NCBI GenBank assembly: GCA_963665845.2
Contig: OY762492.1
Location: 3,424,001 to 3,488,000, forward strand
Direction: 5' to 3'
DNA from: Candidatus Poribacteria bacterium
GTDB lineage: Bacteria > Poribacteria > WGA-4E > GCA-2687025
DNA: 64,000 nucleotides
The position numbers and the translations under genes are program-made. Of this stretch, positions 50,500-60,758 are shown piece after piece. A model generated the notes under the pieces. The model searched no databases. It worked only from the letters and a program-made list of their open reading frames with translations, and was not told where the DNA came from. Position 1 is the first letter of the stretch, and every line of letters begins with the position of its first letter.

Positions 50500-53400
50500 G
50501 GCTGGCGCGCTTTTCCGTTAAAAATGTGCTGCTCATCAACCTTGCGATGGCAACGATACTGCTTTTGGGCGCGTATGCGTTTCTGGTACTGCCGCGCGAG
50601 GCGTCCCCCGACATCAACTTCAACTGGGCGTTTGTGACGACGGCGTATCCCGGCGCCGCGCCGATTGAGGTGGAGCAGCTGGTCACGATACCGATGGAGG
50701 AGGCGATACGCGAGGTGGCGGACGTCAACATGGTCACCTCCACCTCCAGCGAGGGTATCAGTTTTATCAGCGTCAAATTCGCCCAGAACATGTCGCGCGG
50801 CGATTTTGACAAGCGCTTTCAAGACCTTCAAACGAATATACGCGCCGCGGAGGTTCCAGACGGCGCCGAAGACCCGGACATCCGCAAGCTGGACACGCAG
50901 GACTGGTGGCCCGTTGTGAGCGTCGCGGTGAGCGGGCAGCTGCCGGAGCCTGTCATGAATCAGATCGCCGAGGATCTGATCGACCTGTATGAGCAGAACG
51001 ACGATGTTGGGCAGTTGACCGCCGTCGGAATGCGCGAGCGGGAGATCTGGGTTGAGGTTAACCCAGACGCGATGAACAGCCTCGACATCGGTTTTCAGAG
51101 CGTCGTTCAGGCGCTGGCGGCGCGTAACTTAAACGTGCCGGGCGGAGAGCTGCGCCCCGGCGGACGCGGCGAGTTTCTTGTACGAACGCTCGGCAAGATC
51201 AACGCGCCGGAAGAGGCGCGTCAAGTCATCATCCGAACCGGACCGTCGGGGCGGCAGGTGCGCGTCGGCGATGTGGCTGAGGTGACCGATACCTTCGAAA
51301 AAGCGCGCATGATCTCCCGCATGGACGGCGAACCTTGCATCACGATCAATGTCGCCAAAAAGCGCGGCGCCAGCACCATCAGCGTCGTGGACGATGTGCG
51401 CGAGCTGACCGCCCGATACGAAGCGGAGCGGCTTGTCCCCGGCGCGCGGCTGGAGATGGTGAACGACTCCTCCGAATATATCATCAACATCATCGACAAG
51501 CTGCAGTCGAACGCCGTCTTCGGCATCGTCTTTGTGACGCTGGCGCTCTGGCTGTTTATCGGCTGGCGGGCGGCGCTGGCGGTCGTCGTCGGCATGCCTG
51601 TTACTTTCGCCGTCACCTTTATTTTCATGCGCGCGACGGGGCGGTCGCTGGACGGCAACGCGCTCTTTGCGCTGGTGCTGGTCTTGGGAATGATCGTCGA
51701 CCATGCGATCGTCATCGCGGAAAACTGCGTCCGCCATCTACAGATGGACAAGTCGAAGGCGCAGGCGGTCATTGACGGCGTCGGCGAGGTGTTTCAGCCG
51801 GTGCTGGCGGCGACGCTGACGACCATCGCCGCATTTTTGCCGTTGATGCTCATGCCGGGCATCATGGGCGCGTTCATGCGCATCATCCCGCTTGTGGTGA
51901 CGCTGGCGCTGGTCGCGTCCAACTTTGAGGCGTTTTTGATCTTGCCCGCGCATGTGATGGACTGGACGAAGCGGCGCGCTCAAGGCGTCCGCGCCGAAAA
52001 CCGCTGGTTTCGCGCGGTTCGGCTTCGGTATATGCGCCTGCTGCGGCGGGTCATTCATCGGCGTTATCTGGCGGTGGCGCTGTTTTTGTTGATAGCGGTC
52101 GGAAGCGCGTTTTTACTGCCGCTGGTCGGCGTCCAATTGTTTGAGGGCGACCCGCTCTCCCGTTTCTATGTGCGGGTCTGGATGCCGCTCGGCACAAGCC
52201 TTGAAACGACCGACGAGACGCTGCGCGAAATTGAAACGATCGCCATGCAGCTTCCCGACACGGACGTCGCGGCGGTCATCTCAACGGCGGGCATGCTGCT
52301 GGACGACGAAGGGACGCGCGTCGGCGACCGGTATGGACAGGTTCTGGTCGATGTGCCGGACGGTTCAAAAGAGAGCCGACCCATTCCAGAGATTCTTGCC
52401 GACATGCGCATGCGCTGCAGCCGTTTGACAGGGTATGAAAAGATACGGTTCACGATGGACGAGGGCGGACCGCCGACCGGGAAGCCTGTAGAGGTGAAGG
52501 TGAAAGGTCCCGATCTAGATCGGCTGCAGGAGCTGGTGACGGAGCTGAAGGGGGAGCTGGCGTCCATGCCAGGCGTGTACGACATCGGGGACGATTTTTC
52601 GCCCGGCAAGGAGGAGCTGCGCATCAAGGTGAACGACGAACGGGCGCGGATGCATGGGTTGGACGCGGCGCAGATCGCCATGTTTGTGCGCACCGCCGTC
52701 AACGGGACGACCGCCACCTCCATCCGCGACGGCAACGACGATGTGGATGTGATTGTGAAGGTGAAGGGCGGCGCGGAGTCGCCTCTGGAACGGATCAAGA
52801 GCCTGCGCATTGCGGCGCCGGGGGGCGGTTCTCTTCCGCTGCGCGAGGCGGCAACCTTTGAGACGGGGCGCGGCTATTCGGACATTCTCCGCTTTGAATA
52901 TGAACGCTCCATCACCGTCTTTGCGGAGGTTGACTCGACCATCGCGTCCGCGGTGGCGGTAAACAGGGAGATGGAAAGCAGGTTTGCGAATCTCGGCAAG
53001 CGTTACCCAGGCTACCGTCTCGATTTTCGGGGCGAGTTTGCGGAGTTCAGAGACGCTTTCAACAGCCTTGCGAGTCTGTTTGCGCTGGGCGTTTTCATCA
53101 TCTTCCTGCTGCTGACGGCGCAGTTCAAGTCGCTCATACAGCCGTTCATCATTCTCTTCACGATACCGTTTGCGTTTGTCGGCGCGGTCGTCGGGCTGAT
53201 TGCGATTCGGGCGCCGTTCAGCATCATGACGCTCTACGGGATCGTCGCGCTGGCGGGCATTGTGGTGAACGACTCGATTGTGCTGATCGACTTCATCAAC
53301 AAGCGGCGTCAAAACGGGGCGGGGCGTTGGCGCGCCGTCATGAAGGGCGGGGCGCTGCGTCTTCGTCCGGTGCTGTTGACCTCCATCACGACGATTGCGG

Positions 53401-53615
53401 GGCTTCTGCCGATGGCGCTCGGAATCGGCGGCGGCTCGGAGGTGTGGGCGCCGCTGGCGAACACGATCGTATGGGGGCTGTCCGCGGCGACGTTCATGAC
53501 GTTGTTTCTCGTCCCGGCGCTGTATGCGATCGCGGACGACGCGGCGGCGTTTCGGCAGCGTCTTCGGGCGCGCCGCCCCGCGCGGTTAGAGGCGGCGCCC
53601 GCCTCGGCAGATTGA
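50496..53615 (+). CDS. RND efflux permease (AcrB/CzcA-like)
   Basis: YPGAAPIEVEQLVTIPMEE, LGMIVDHAIVIAEN, GIVVNDSIVLID, RLRPVLLTSITT. Confidence 0.95.
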   Translation: MRLARFSVKNVLLINLAMATILLLGAYAFLVLPREASPDINFNWAFVTTAYPGAAPIEVEQLVTIPMEEAIREVADVNMVTSTSSEGISFISVKFAQNMSRGDFDKRFQDLQTNIRAAEVPDGAEDPDIRKLDTQDWWPVVSVAVSGQLPEPVMNQIAEDLIDLYEQNDDVGQLTAVGMREREIWVEVNPDAMNSLDIGFQSVVQALAARNLNVPGGELRPGGRGEFLVRTLGKINAPEEARQVIIRTGPSGRQVRVGDVAEVTDTFEKARMISRMDGEPCITINVAKKRGASTISVVDDVRELTARYEAERLVPGARLEMVNDSSEYIINIIDKLQSNAVFGIVFVTLALWLFIGWRAALAVVVGMPVTFAVTFIFMRATGRSLDGNALFALVLVLGMIVDHAIVIAENCVRHLQMDKSKAQAVIDGVGEVFQPVLAATLTTIAAFLPLMLMPGIMGAFMRIIPLVVTLALVASNFEAFLILPAHVMDWTKRRAQGVRAENRWFRAVRLRYMRLLRRVIHRRYLAVALFLLIAVGSAFLLPLVGVQLFEGDPLSRFYVRVWMPLGTSLETTDETLREIETIAMQLPDTDVAAVISTAGMLLDDEGTRVGDRYGQVLVDVPDGSKESRPIPEILADMRMRCSRLTGYEKIRFTMDEGGPPTGKPVEVKVKGPDLDRLQELVTELKGELASMPGVYDIGDDFSPGKEELRIKVNDERARMHGLDAAQIAMFVRTAVNGTTATSIRDGNDDVDVIVKVKGGAESPLERIKSLRIAAPGGGSLPLREAATFETGRGYSDILRFEYERSITVFAEVDSTIASAVAVNREMESRFANLGKRYPGYRLDFRGEFAEFRDAFNSLASLFALGVFIIFLLLTAQFKSLIQPFIILFTIPFAFVGAVVGLIAIRAPFSIMTLYGIVALAGIVVNDSIVLIDFINKRRQNGAGRWRAVMKGGALRLRPVLLTSITTIAGLLPMALGIGGGSEVWAPLANTIVWGLSAATFMTLFLVPALYAIADDAAAFRQRLRARRPARLEAAPASAD

Positions 53616-53634
53616 CATCGTCAAGCCTCGCGTT

Positions 53635-53876
53635 CTGACCTCTGAATGATCGCTCTATTCATGGGAAAAAGACCCCGCTAACCAAACCGTCCCCCGCTTC
53701 CGCGAGGACATGCATTCCCGCGCAAGCGGGAATCCAGAGTGCCGACAGAAACCGTCCGCGTTTACCCCAAGCGTCCATCTTACACGCCGTCATTCCCGCG
53801 CAAGCGGGAATCTTAGGCGTCGCAGACGCCGTCCATATCGCGTCTCCGATCAACATCATCGTATGAGCGTACTGCC
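53635..53876. mobile_element. MITE-like composite repeat with two ATTCCC-N8-GGGAAT hairpins
   Basis: Starts ctgacc; 53645-53690 approximates the inverse of 48130-48170; ends catcgtatgagcgtactgcc (near-inverse of 30745-30764). Confidence 0.75.
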
Positions 53877-54035
53877 GCCCAGCCGTTTTGGATGCATACC
53901 CTCCCCCGCATGTGTTATACTCTAATGCAATCGTTCCGGCTGATGCCGGCGTTACACAGGTTTGCGCACAGGCAACTCGAAAGGAGCGCCGCATAGATGA
54001 GGTTCCACAGATTCAACATCAGGAGTGTCGCGCAC

Positions 54036-57000
54036 ATGAAACTCACACGTGACGTACCCCCCCCCCCCCCCCCCCCCCCCCCGCGCTTGGTCCGCTGCTC
54101 TAGCGGCGGCGCTTCTCTGCGCATGGCTCGTTGCTGAAAACAGCAGCGCGCAACAGGTCCTGACAGGGCATACGGATGATGTCAGGTCCGTGGCGTATTC
54201 GCCGGACGGTCAGACGATCGCCAGCGGCAGCGCCGACGGCACAATCCGCATCTGGAATCCAGCGACGGGCGCGCATGTCCGAACGCTGGAAGAAAACGAA
54301 ACCAGAGTTTTCGCTGTGGGCTATTCGCCGGACGGTCAGACGATCGCCAGCGGAAACTTCTACAACACGATAAGCGTCTGGAACGCTCAAACAGGCGCGC
54401 ATCTCAAAACCCTGGAAGAGCGCGTGAACGGCGCGAGCGTCTGTAGAGTAGGCGACGTCCTACAGCCCGGAGACAGCTGCTATTATCCGGGAACTGACAT
54501 TGTGATTCGCGCTGAGGGCGGAAGCCTTATCATTGGAGGCGCATCCTTCTCTGGGGCAACCATAAATCTCCAGGGCGTTACCATCGGCGGCGTACGCATC
54601 TCCATTACTGCCGTACGCGACGGAAATTCTTATAGAATTTCCGGAATTGCGAGCGCGTCCGCTGTCTACTCGGTGTCGTATTCGCCAGACGGAACGCGAA
54701 TTGTCAGCGGCGGCGGCGGCGGCAGCGGCGACGACACGATTCGGATCTGGAACGCCGAGACGGGCGAACTCATACGAACGCTTGAAGGGCATACGGGTAT
54801 TGTCTGGTCTGTGGCGTATTCACCGGACGGTCAGATGATCGCCAGCGGCAGCTGGGACGACATGATTCGGATCTGGAACGCCAACACGGGCGAACTCATA
54901 CGAACGCTTGAAGGGCATACAGATAATGTCTATTCTGTGATGTATTCACCGGACGGTCAGACGATCGCCAGCGGCAGCGCCGACGACACGATTCGGATCT
55001 GGAACGCCAACACGGGAGCGCACATACGAACCCTCCAAGGACATACGAATACAGTCCTTTCTGTCCTTTCTGTGGCATATTCGCCGGATGGTCAAACGAT
55101 CGCCAGCGGCAGCGCCGACGACACGATTCGGATCTGGAACGCCAACACGGGAGCGCATCTACGAACCCTCCAGGGACATACGGATGTAGTCCTGTCCGTG
55201 GCCTATTCACCGGACGGTCAGACGATCGCCAGCGGCAGCTGGGACGACACGATCCGCCTCTGGGACATCAGCGACCTCGCCGCTCCTGTAGACCGCCCAA
55301 CGGCGACCGTCTCCGGCCCGAGTGAGACGCAAACAGGCGCGTTCGATGTGACCATCGAGTTCAGCTCCGCCGTCACAGGTTTCGAGTCGTCCGACATTGT
55401 TGTGACGAACGGCTCTGTGACCAATCTTGCCGGCAGCGGCGCATCCTACACGGCAACGATTCAACCGTCCAGCACAGGAGCCGTTACGGTGAGCGTCCCC
55501 GCCAACGCCGCGGGGAACAACACCGCTTCCAACACCTACTCTGTCAACGCTGAAACCGGAGGGCCGCAGGTCCTGACAGGGCATACGGATGATGTCTTTT
55601 CTGTGGCGTATTCTCCGGACGGTCAAACGATCGCCAGCGGCAGCAGGGACGACACGATCCGCATCTGGAACGCCAACACGGGAGCGCACATACGAACCCT
55701 CCAAGGACATACGAATATAGTCCTTTCTGTGGCATATTCGCCGGATGGTCAAACGATCGCCAGCGGCAGCGTCGACGCCACGATTCGGATCTGGAACGCC
55801 AACACGGGAGCGCATCTACGAACCCTCCAGGGACATACGCGTGTAGTCACATCCGTGGCCTATTCACCGAACGGTCAGACGCTTGCCAGCGGCGGCTTCG
55901 ACAACACGGTTCGGATTTGGAACGCCAACACGGGAGCGCATCTACGAACCCTCCAGGGACATACGGATCAGGTATGGTCCGTGGCATATTCACCGGACAG
56001 TCAGATGATCGCCAGCGGCAGCGCCGACGCCACGATTCGGATCTGGAACGCCAACACGGGCGAACTCATACGAACGCTTGAAGGGCATACAGATTATGTC
56101 TATTCTGTGATGTATTCACCGGACGGTCAGACGATCGCCAGCGGCAGCGTCGACGCCACGATTCGGATCTGGAACGCCAACACGGGAGCGCACATACGAA
56201 CCCTCCAAGGACATACGAATACAGTCCTTTCTGTGGCATATTCGCCGGATGGTCAAACGATCGCCAGCGGCAGCTGGGACGACATGATTCGGATCTGGAA
56301 CGCCAACACGGGAGCGCATCTACGAACCCTCCAGGGACATACGGATGGAGTCCTTTCTGTGGCGTATTCGCCGGATGGTCAGACGATCGCCAGCGGCAGT
56401 TACGACGATACGATACGCATCTGGGACATCAGCGACCTCGCCGCTCCTGTAGACGGCCCAACGGCGACCGTCTCCGGCCCGAGCGAGACGCAGACAGGCG
56501 CGTTCGATGTGACCATCGAGTTCAGCTCCGCCGTCACAGGTTTCGAGTCGTCCGACATCGCTGTGACGAACGGCTCTGTGACCAATCTTGCCGGCAGCGG
56601 CGCAAGCTACACGGCGACGATTCAGCCGTCCAGCTTCGGAGCCTTTACCGTTACGGTGAGCGTTCCCGCCAACGCCGCGGGCAACAGAGCCTCCAACACC
56701 TACACGGTCAACGTTGAAATCGGAGCGCTGCGGGTCCTGACAGGACATACGGACCCGGTCTGGTCTGTGGCGTATTCGCCGGACGGTCAGACGATCGCCA
56801 GCGGAAGCTCGGACGACACGATACGCATCTGGAACGCCAACACAGGGGAGCCTCTCAGAACCCTCCAGGGACATACGAGTACTGTCAGGTCTGTGGCGTA
56901 TTCACCGGACGGTCAGTCGCTCGCCAGCGGCAGCTACGACAACACGATACGCATCTGGAACGCCAACACTGGCGCGCATCTACGAACCCTCCAGGGACAT

Positions 57001-59385
57001 ACGAATTGGGTCAGGTCTGTGGCATATTCTCCGGACGGTCTGACGATCGCCAGCGGCAGCAACGACAACACGGTTCGGATCTGGAACGCCAACACTGGCG
57101 CGCATCTACGAACCCTCCAGGGACATACGGGTCAGGTCTGGTCCGTGGCGTATTCACCGGATGGTCAGACGATCGCCAGCGGCAGCGGCAGCGTCGACAA
57201 CACGATACGCATCTGGGACGCGAACACGGGAGAGCATCTCCGAACCCTCCGAGGGCAGTCTTGGGTCACCTCTGTGGCATATTCGCCGGACGGTCAGACG
57301 CTCGCCAGCGGCAGCAGAGACCAAGCAAATCCAATTCGGGTCTGGGACGCGAACACGGGAGCGCATCTACGAACCCTCCATGGACATACGAATCCAATCC
57401 TTTCTGTAGCGTATTCACCTGACGGTCAGACGATCGCCAGCGGCAGCGGCGACGACACAATCCGCATCTGGAACGCCAACACAGGGGCGCATCTACGAAC
57501 CCTCCAGGGACATACGGGTACGGTATGGTCCGTGGCGTATTCGCCGGATGGTCAGACGATCGCCAGCGGCAGCTGGGATGAGACGATTCGGATCTGGGAC
57601 ATCAGCGACCTCGCCGCTCCTGTAGACCGCCCAACGGCGACCGTCTCCGGCCCGAGTGAGACGCAGACAGGCGCGTTCGATGTGACCATCGAGTTCAGCT
57701 CCGCCGTCACAGGTTTCGAGTCGTCCGACATTATTGTGACGAACGGCTCTGTGACCAATCTTGCCGGCAGCGGCGCAAGCTACACGGCAACGATTCAACC
57801 GACAGGCGATGGCGCTGTTACGGTGAGCGTCCCCGCCAACGCCGCGGGCAACAACACCGCCTCTGACGCCTACTCTGTCAACTACGAACCGCCTTTGTTT
57901 GCGCATACGGGCGGCATTTTAGCGGCGGCGTATTCATCTGACGGAACCCGCATCGCCACCGCCTCCGCGGACGATACGGCGCTCATCTGGGATGCCGACG
58001 CGGAAACGCCGCTCCTTGAACTGACGGAGCATACGGTTGATGTCCGCTCCGCCGCCTTTTCGCCGGACGGAACCATGCTCGCCACCGGCAGCGCCGACGA
58101 CACGATACGCCTCTGGAACGCTGAAACGGGCGCGCATATTCGAACGCTGGCGGGACACACGGGCGACGTCTATGCGCTAGACTATTCGCCGGACGGCGCG
58201 ACCATCGTCAGCGCAAGCGGCGACCGTACAGTTCGGCTCTGGAACGCCGAAACCGGGGAGCTTGTCAAGACGATGACGCAGCATGCGGGGGTTGTTCGGA
58301 CAGCCGTCTTCTCTCCTGACGGAACGCTCATCGCCAGCGGCGGCGCCGACCGTACCGTGCGCCTCTGGAACGCGCAAACCGGCAAGCTTCTCTCCACGCT
58401 GAAAGAGCATGGGCGGACGATCTACTCGGTCGCCTTTTCACCCGACGGAACGGTTTTGGCAAGCGGCAGCGCCGACAAAACGATTCGTTTTTGGGATGTT
58501 TCGTCGCAGTCGCTTCTCCATACCCGTACGGTGGGCGGGTCTGCGGGTCTCGTGTTTTCGGTCGCCTTTTCGCCGGACGGTTCCACGCTCGCTTCCGGGA
58601 ACGAGGATGGGACCGTCCATCTCTGGGCGTCCGGAAACGGCCGGCATAAAGAGACGCTAGAGGGACATACGGGAACCGTTTACGCGGTCGCCTATTCGCC
58701 CGACGGTCAAACGCTCATCAGCGGAAGCCGCGACAAGACGCTGCGCTTCTGGTCAATGCCGAAGCCCAATCTCGATCTGAACGGCGACGGCGTCGTGGAC
58801 GCGGCGGATCTGCAGATGGTCGCCAACAGCTACGGCGGCTCCGATCCGAACGCGGATGTGAACGGGGACGGCGTCGTGGATGTGAACGACGTTCTGCTGA
58901 TCGCGGACGCCCTGGCGAACGCGCAGGCGGTCGCGGCGGCTCCGGCGTTGGCGTCGTTGCGGGAGGCGCCGTCCTTTCCGCAGGTGTCCAGCTGGCTGAA
59001 CGACGCGAATGGGCTGATTGTCCGCAGCGATTCGGCAAAGCGGGGCATCGCCGTTTTGGAGGAGATGCTTCGGTCATCGCTGCCGGTTGTGTCCACCAGC
59101 GCGCTTCTGCCGAACTACCCGAACCCGTTCAACCCAGAGACCTGGATCCCGTTTGAGTTGGCGGAAACGTCCCGCGTAAAGTTGACGATCTACAACTCAT
59201 CGGGTCAAACCGTGCGCGTGTTGGAGCTTGGGCAGTTGCCGGCGGGCGCCTACCGCAGCCGCGCCAAAGCCGCCCATTGGGACGGACGGAACAATCTGGG
59301 CGAACCTGTCGCCAGCGGCATGTATTATGTCCGCATTGAGGCGGGGTCGTTCACGGCGCTGCGGCGCATGGTTGTGCTGAAGTAA
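54036..59385 (+). CDS. Giant secreted WD40 protein: 3 x (7-blade propeller + Ig-like), fourth propeller, dockerin-like and FlgD/T9SS-like C-terminal domain; RBS-supported ATG 54036 is out of frame at a poly-C tract (in-frame GTG at 54049)
   Basis: About 28 WD40 units [25 protein letters not shown]; three [19 protein letters not shown] Ig-like units; DLNGDGVVD; [17 protein letters not shown]. Confidence 0.9.
54057..54082 (+). repeat. C26 homopolymer in the signal-peptide coding region
   Basis: 26 consecutive C. Confidence 0.95.
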
Positions 59386-59463
59386 GGCATTTCTGTTTGC
59401 GCGGGAGCGCGTTGCCGTTCCCGCGCAAATTTTCCGCGTTCTCATGCCGACATGTCAAGCGCG

Positions 59464-60501
59464 TCAATCTCTCCGCTCCTCGCCGTCCCAGTAGCCGACA
59501 GCGTCTTTCTTTCGGAAGGCGCCGATGGGGCGCGCGACAATCTTCTCGGAGTCGGGGTATTCGCACACCAGATGCGGATGTTCTTCGCCCAGCAGAAAGA
59601 GAACGCACCGCTCCGAGCCGTTGTTGATGAACTTGTGCGCGCCGCTGCGTCCGGGCGGGAAGGCGATGAAGTCGCCCTTGCGCACCATGAACTCGCCGCG
59701 GTCGGTTCGCATCAGGCATTCGCCCTCCATCACGATCGCCGCTTCTTCGTCGAAATGATGAAAATGGAACGGGCAATTGAACTGCCCAGGCTCCAGCCGC
59801 CACAGCATATAACCTAGATTTTGCGCCCCAATCAGATGTCCAATCTCCGCCGTGAACCCCTCCTCCAGCTCCTCCATGTTGATGCGGTTGATGTACACAT
59901 CGGAGCGGCTTTGGAGGCATTCGACAAGGCGGCGGCTGGCGTCATGAAAGATGGAATGTCCGTCTCCAACAAGGATAACTTCAGGCTGAAGGCGCAAGAT
60001 CTTGCGCAGCTCCAGCGCCGCTTTGGCGGGGTTTGCCAGCTTTTCGTCCGGCAGCATGGACAGACGCCCCATCGGTTCGCCGGCAATCAGATCGCCCGCC
60101 AGAACGGCGTTGTGTTCCGGAAAGTGCAAGGCGATCTCCCCTGGGCTTTTGCCGTCTTCAAGGCGCACGGCGCGCATCCCCTCGACAACCTCTTCCCCGT
60201 CCTTGAGCGTTCGGTCGACCCGTATGGAGAGGAGCGGCGCGTCCGCTTCATGCGCGGCAACTTCGGCGCCGAAACGCTTGCGGAAGGCGTCCGCTTCGCG
60301 CTCATGGTCTCGGTTGGTGATGACAATCAGGCTGGCGCCCCCCAGCTGTTCAAGCTGCCGCTGATCCGCGTCCGACATCGGAACGGGGTCGATCAGTATG
60401 TTGCCTTGCGGGCGCGTCCATAGATGCCCGTTGAAGTCGATCTGGCGCATTTCGCTGAAGAGTGACCATGTATAAAATCCGTCGAGCGTCAGCTGTTTCA
60501 T
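59464..60501 (-). CDS. Metallo-beta-lactamase-fold domain fused to a cupin domain
   Basis: LIDP, ITNRDHER, AGDL, LVGDGH; cupin PFHFHHFDEE...GDFIAFPPGRSGAHKFIN...EYPDSEK. Confidence 0.8.
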   Translation of the reverse strand: MKQLTLDGFYTWSLFSEMRQIDFNGHLWTRPQGNILIDPVPMSDADQRQLEQLGGASLIVITNRDHEREADAFRKRFGAEVAAHEADAPLLSIRVDRTLKDGEEVVEGMRAVRLEDGKSPGEIALHFPEHNAVLAGDLIAGEPMGRLSMLPDEKLANPAKAALELRKILRLQPEVILVGDGHSIFHDASRRLVECLQSRSDVYINRINMEELEEGFTAEIGHLIGAQNLGYMLWRLEPGQFNCPFHFHHFDEEAAIVMEGECLMRTDRGEFMVRKGDFIAFPPGRSGAHKFINNGSERCVLFLLGEEHPHLVCEYPDSEKIVARPIGAFRKKDAVGYWDGEERRD

Positions 60502-60600
60502 TGTTTCCCTTCGCTGTTGAGAGCCGCTGCAGACGCCCCTATTCTATCCGAAATAGAGGCGCGAAGAGAAGAGCGGATGAAACTTGCCGCGCCGCGCGCT

Positions 60601-60700
60601 GTCATTCCCGCGTAAGCGGGAATCTTAGGCGCCGCAAACGCTGTCCGCAGCGCTTTAAACCCCCCTAACCCCCCTTTTCAAGGGGGGAATCAGAGGCGCG
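60601..60700. repeat. REP-like cluster (ATTCCC-N8-GGGAAT plus CCCCCTTTTCAAGGGGG)
   Basis: Seen directly between divergent genes. Confidence 0.9.
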
Positions 60701-60758
60701 CTTGACTCCCCCGCCCATACCAAGCATGATGCGGCTAACGCAACGCGGAGGATGAAAC

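Noticed and set aside
54036-59385. Diversity-generating retroelement explaining WD40 variability
   Set aside because: No reverse transcriptase or non-coding template repeat in the window, and the changes do not look adenine-restricted.
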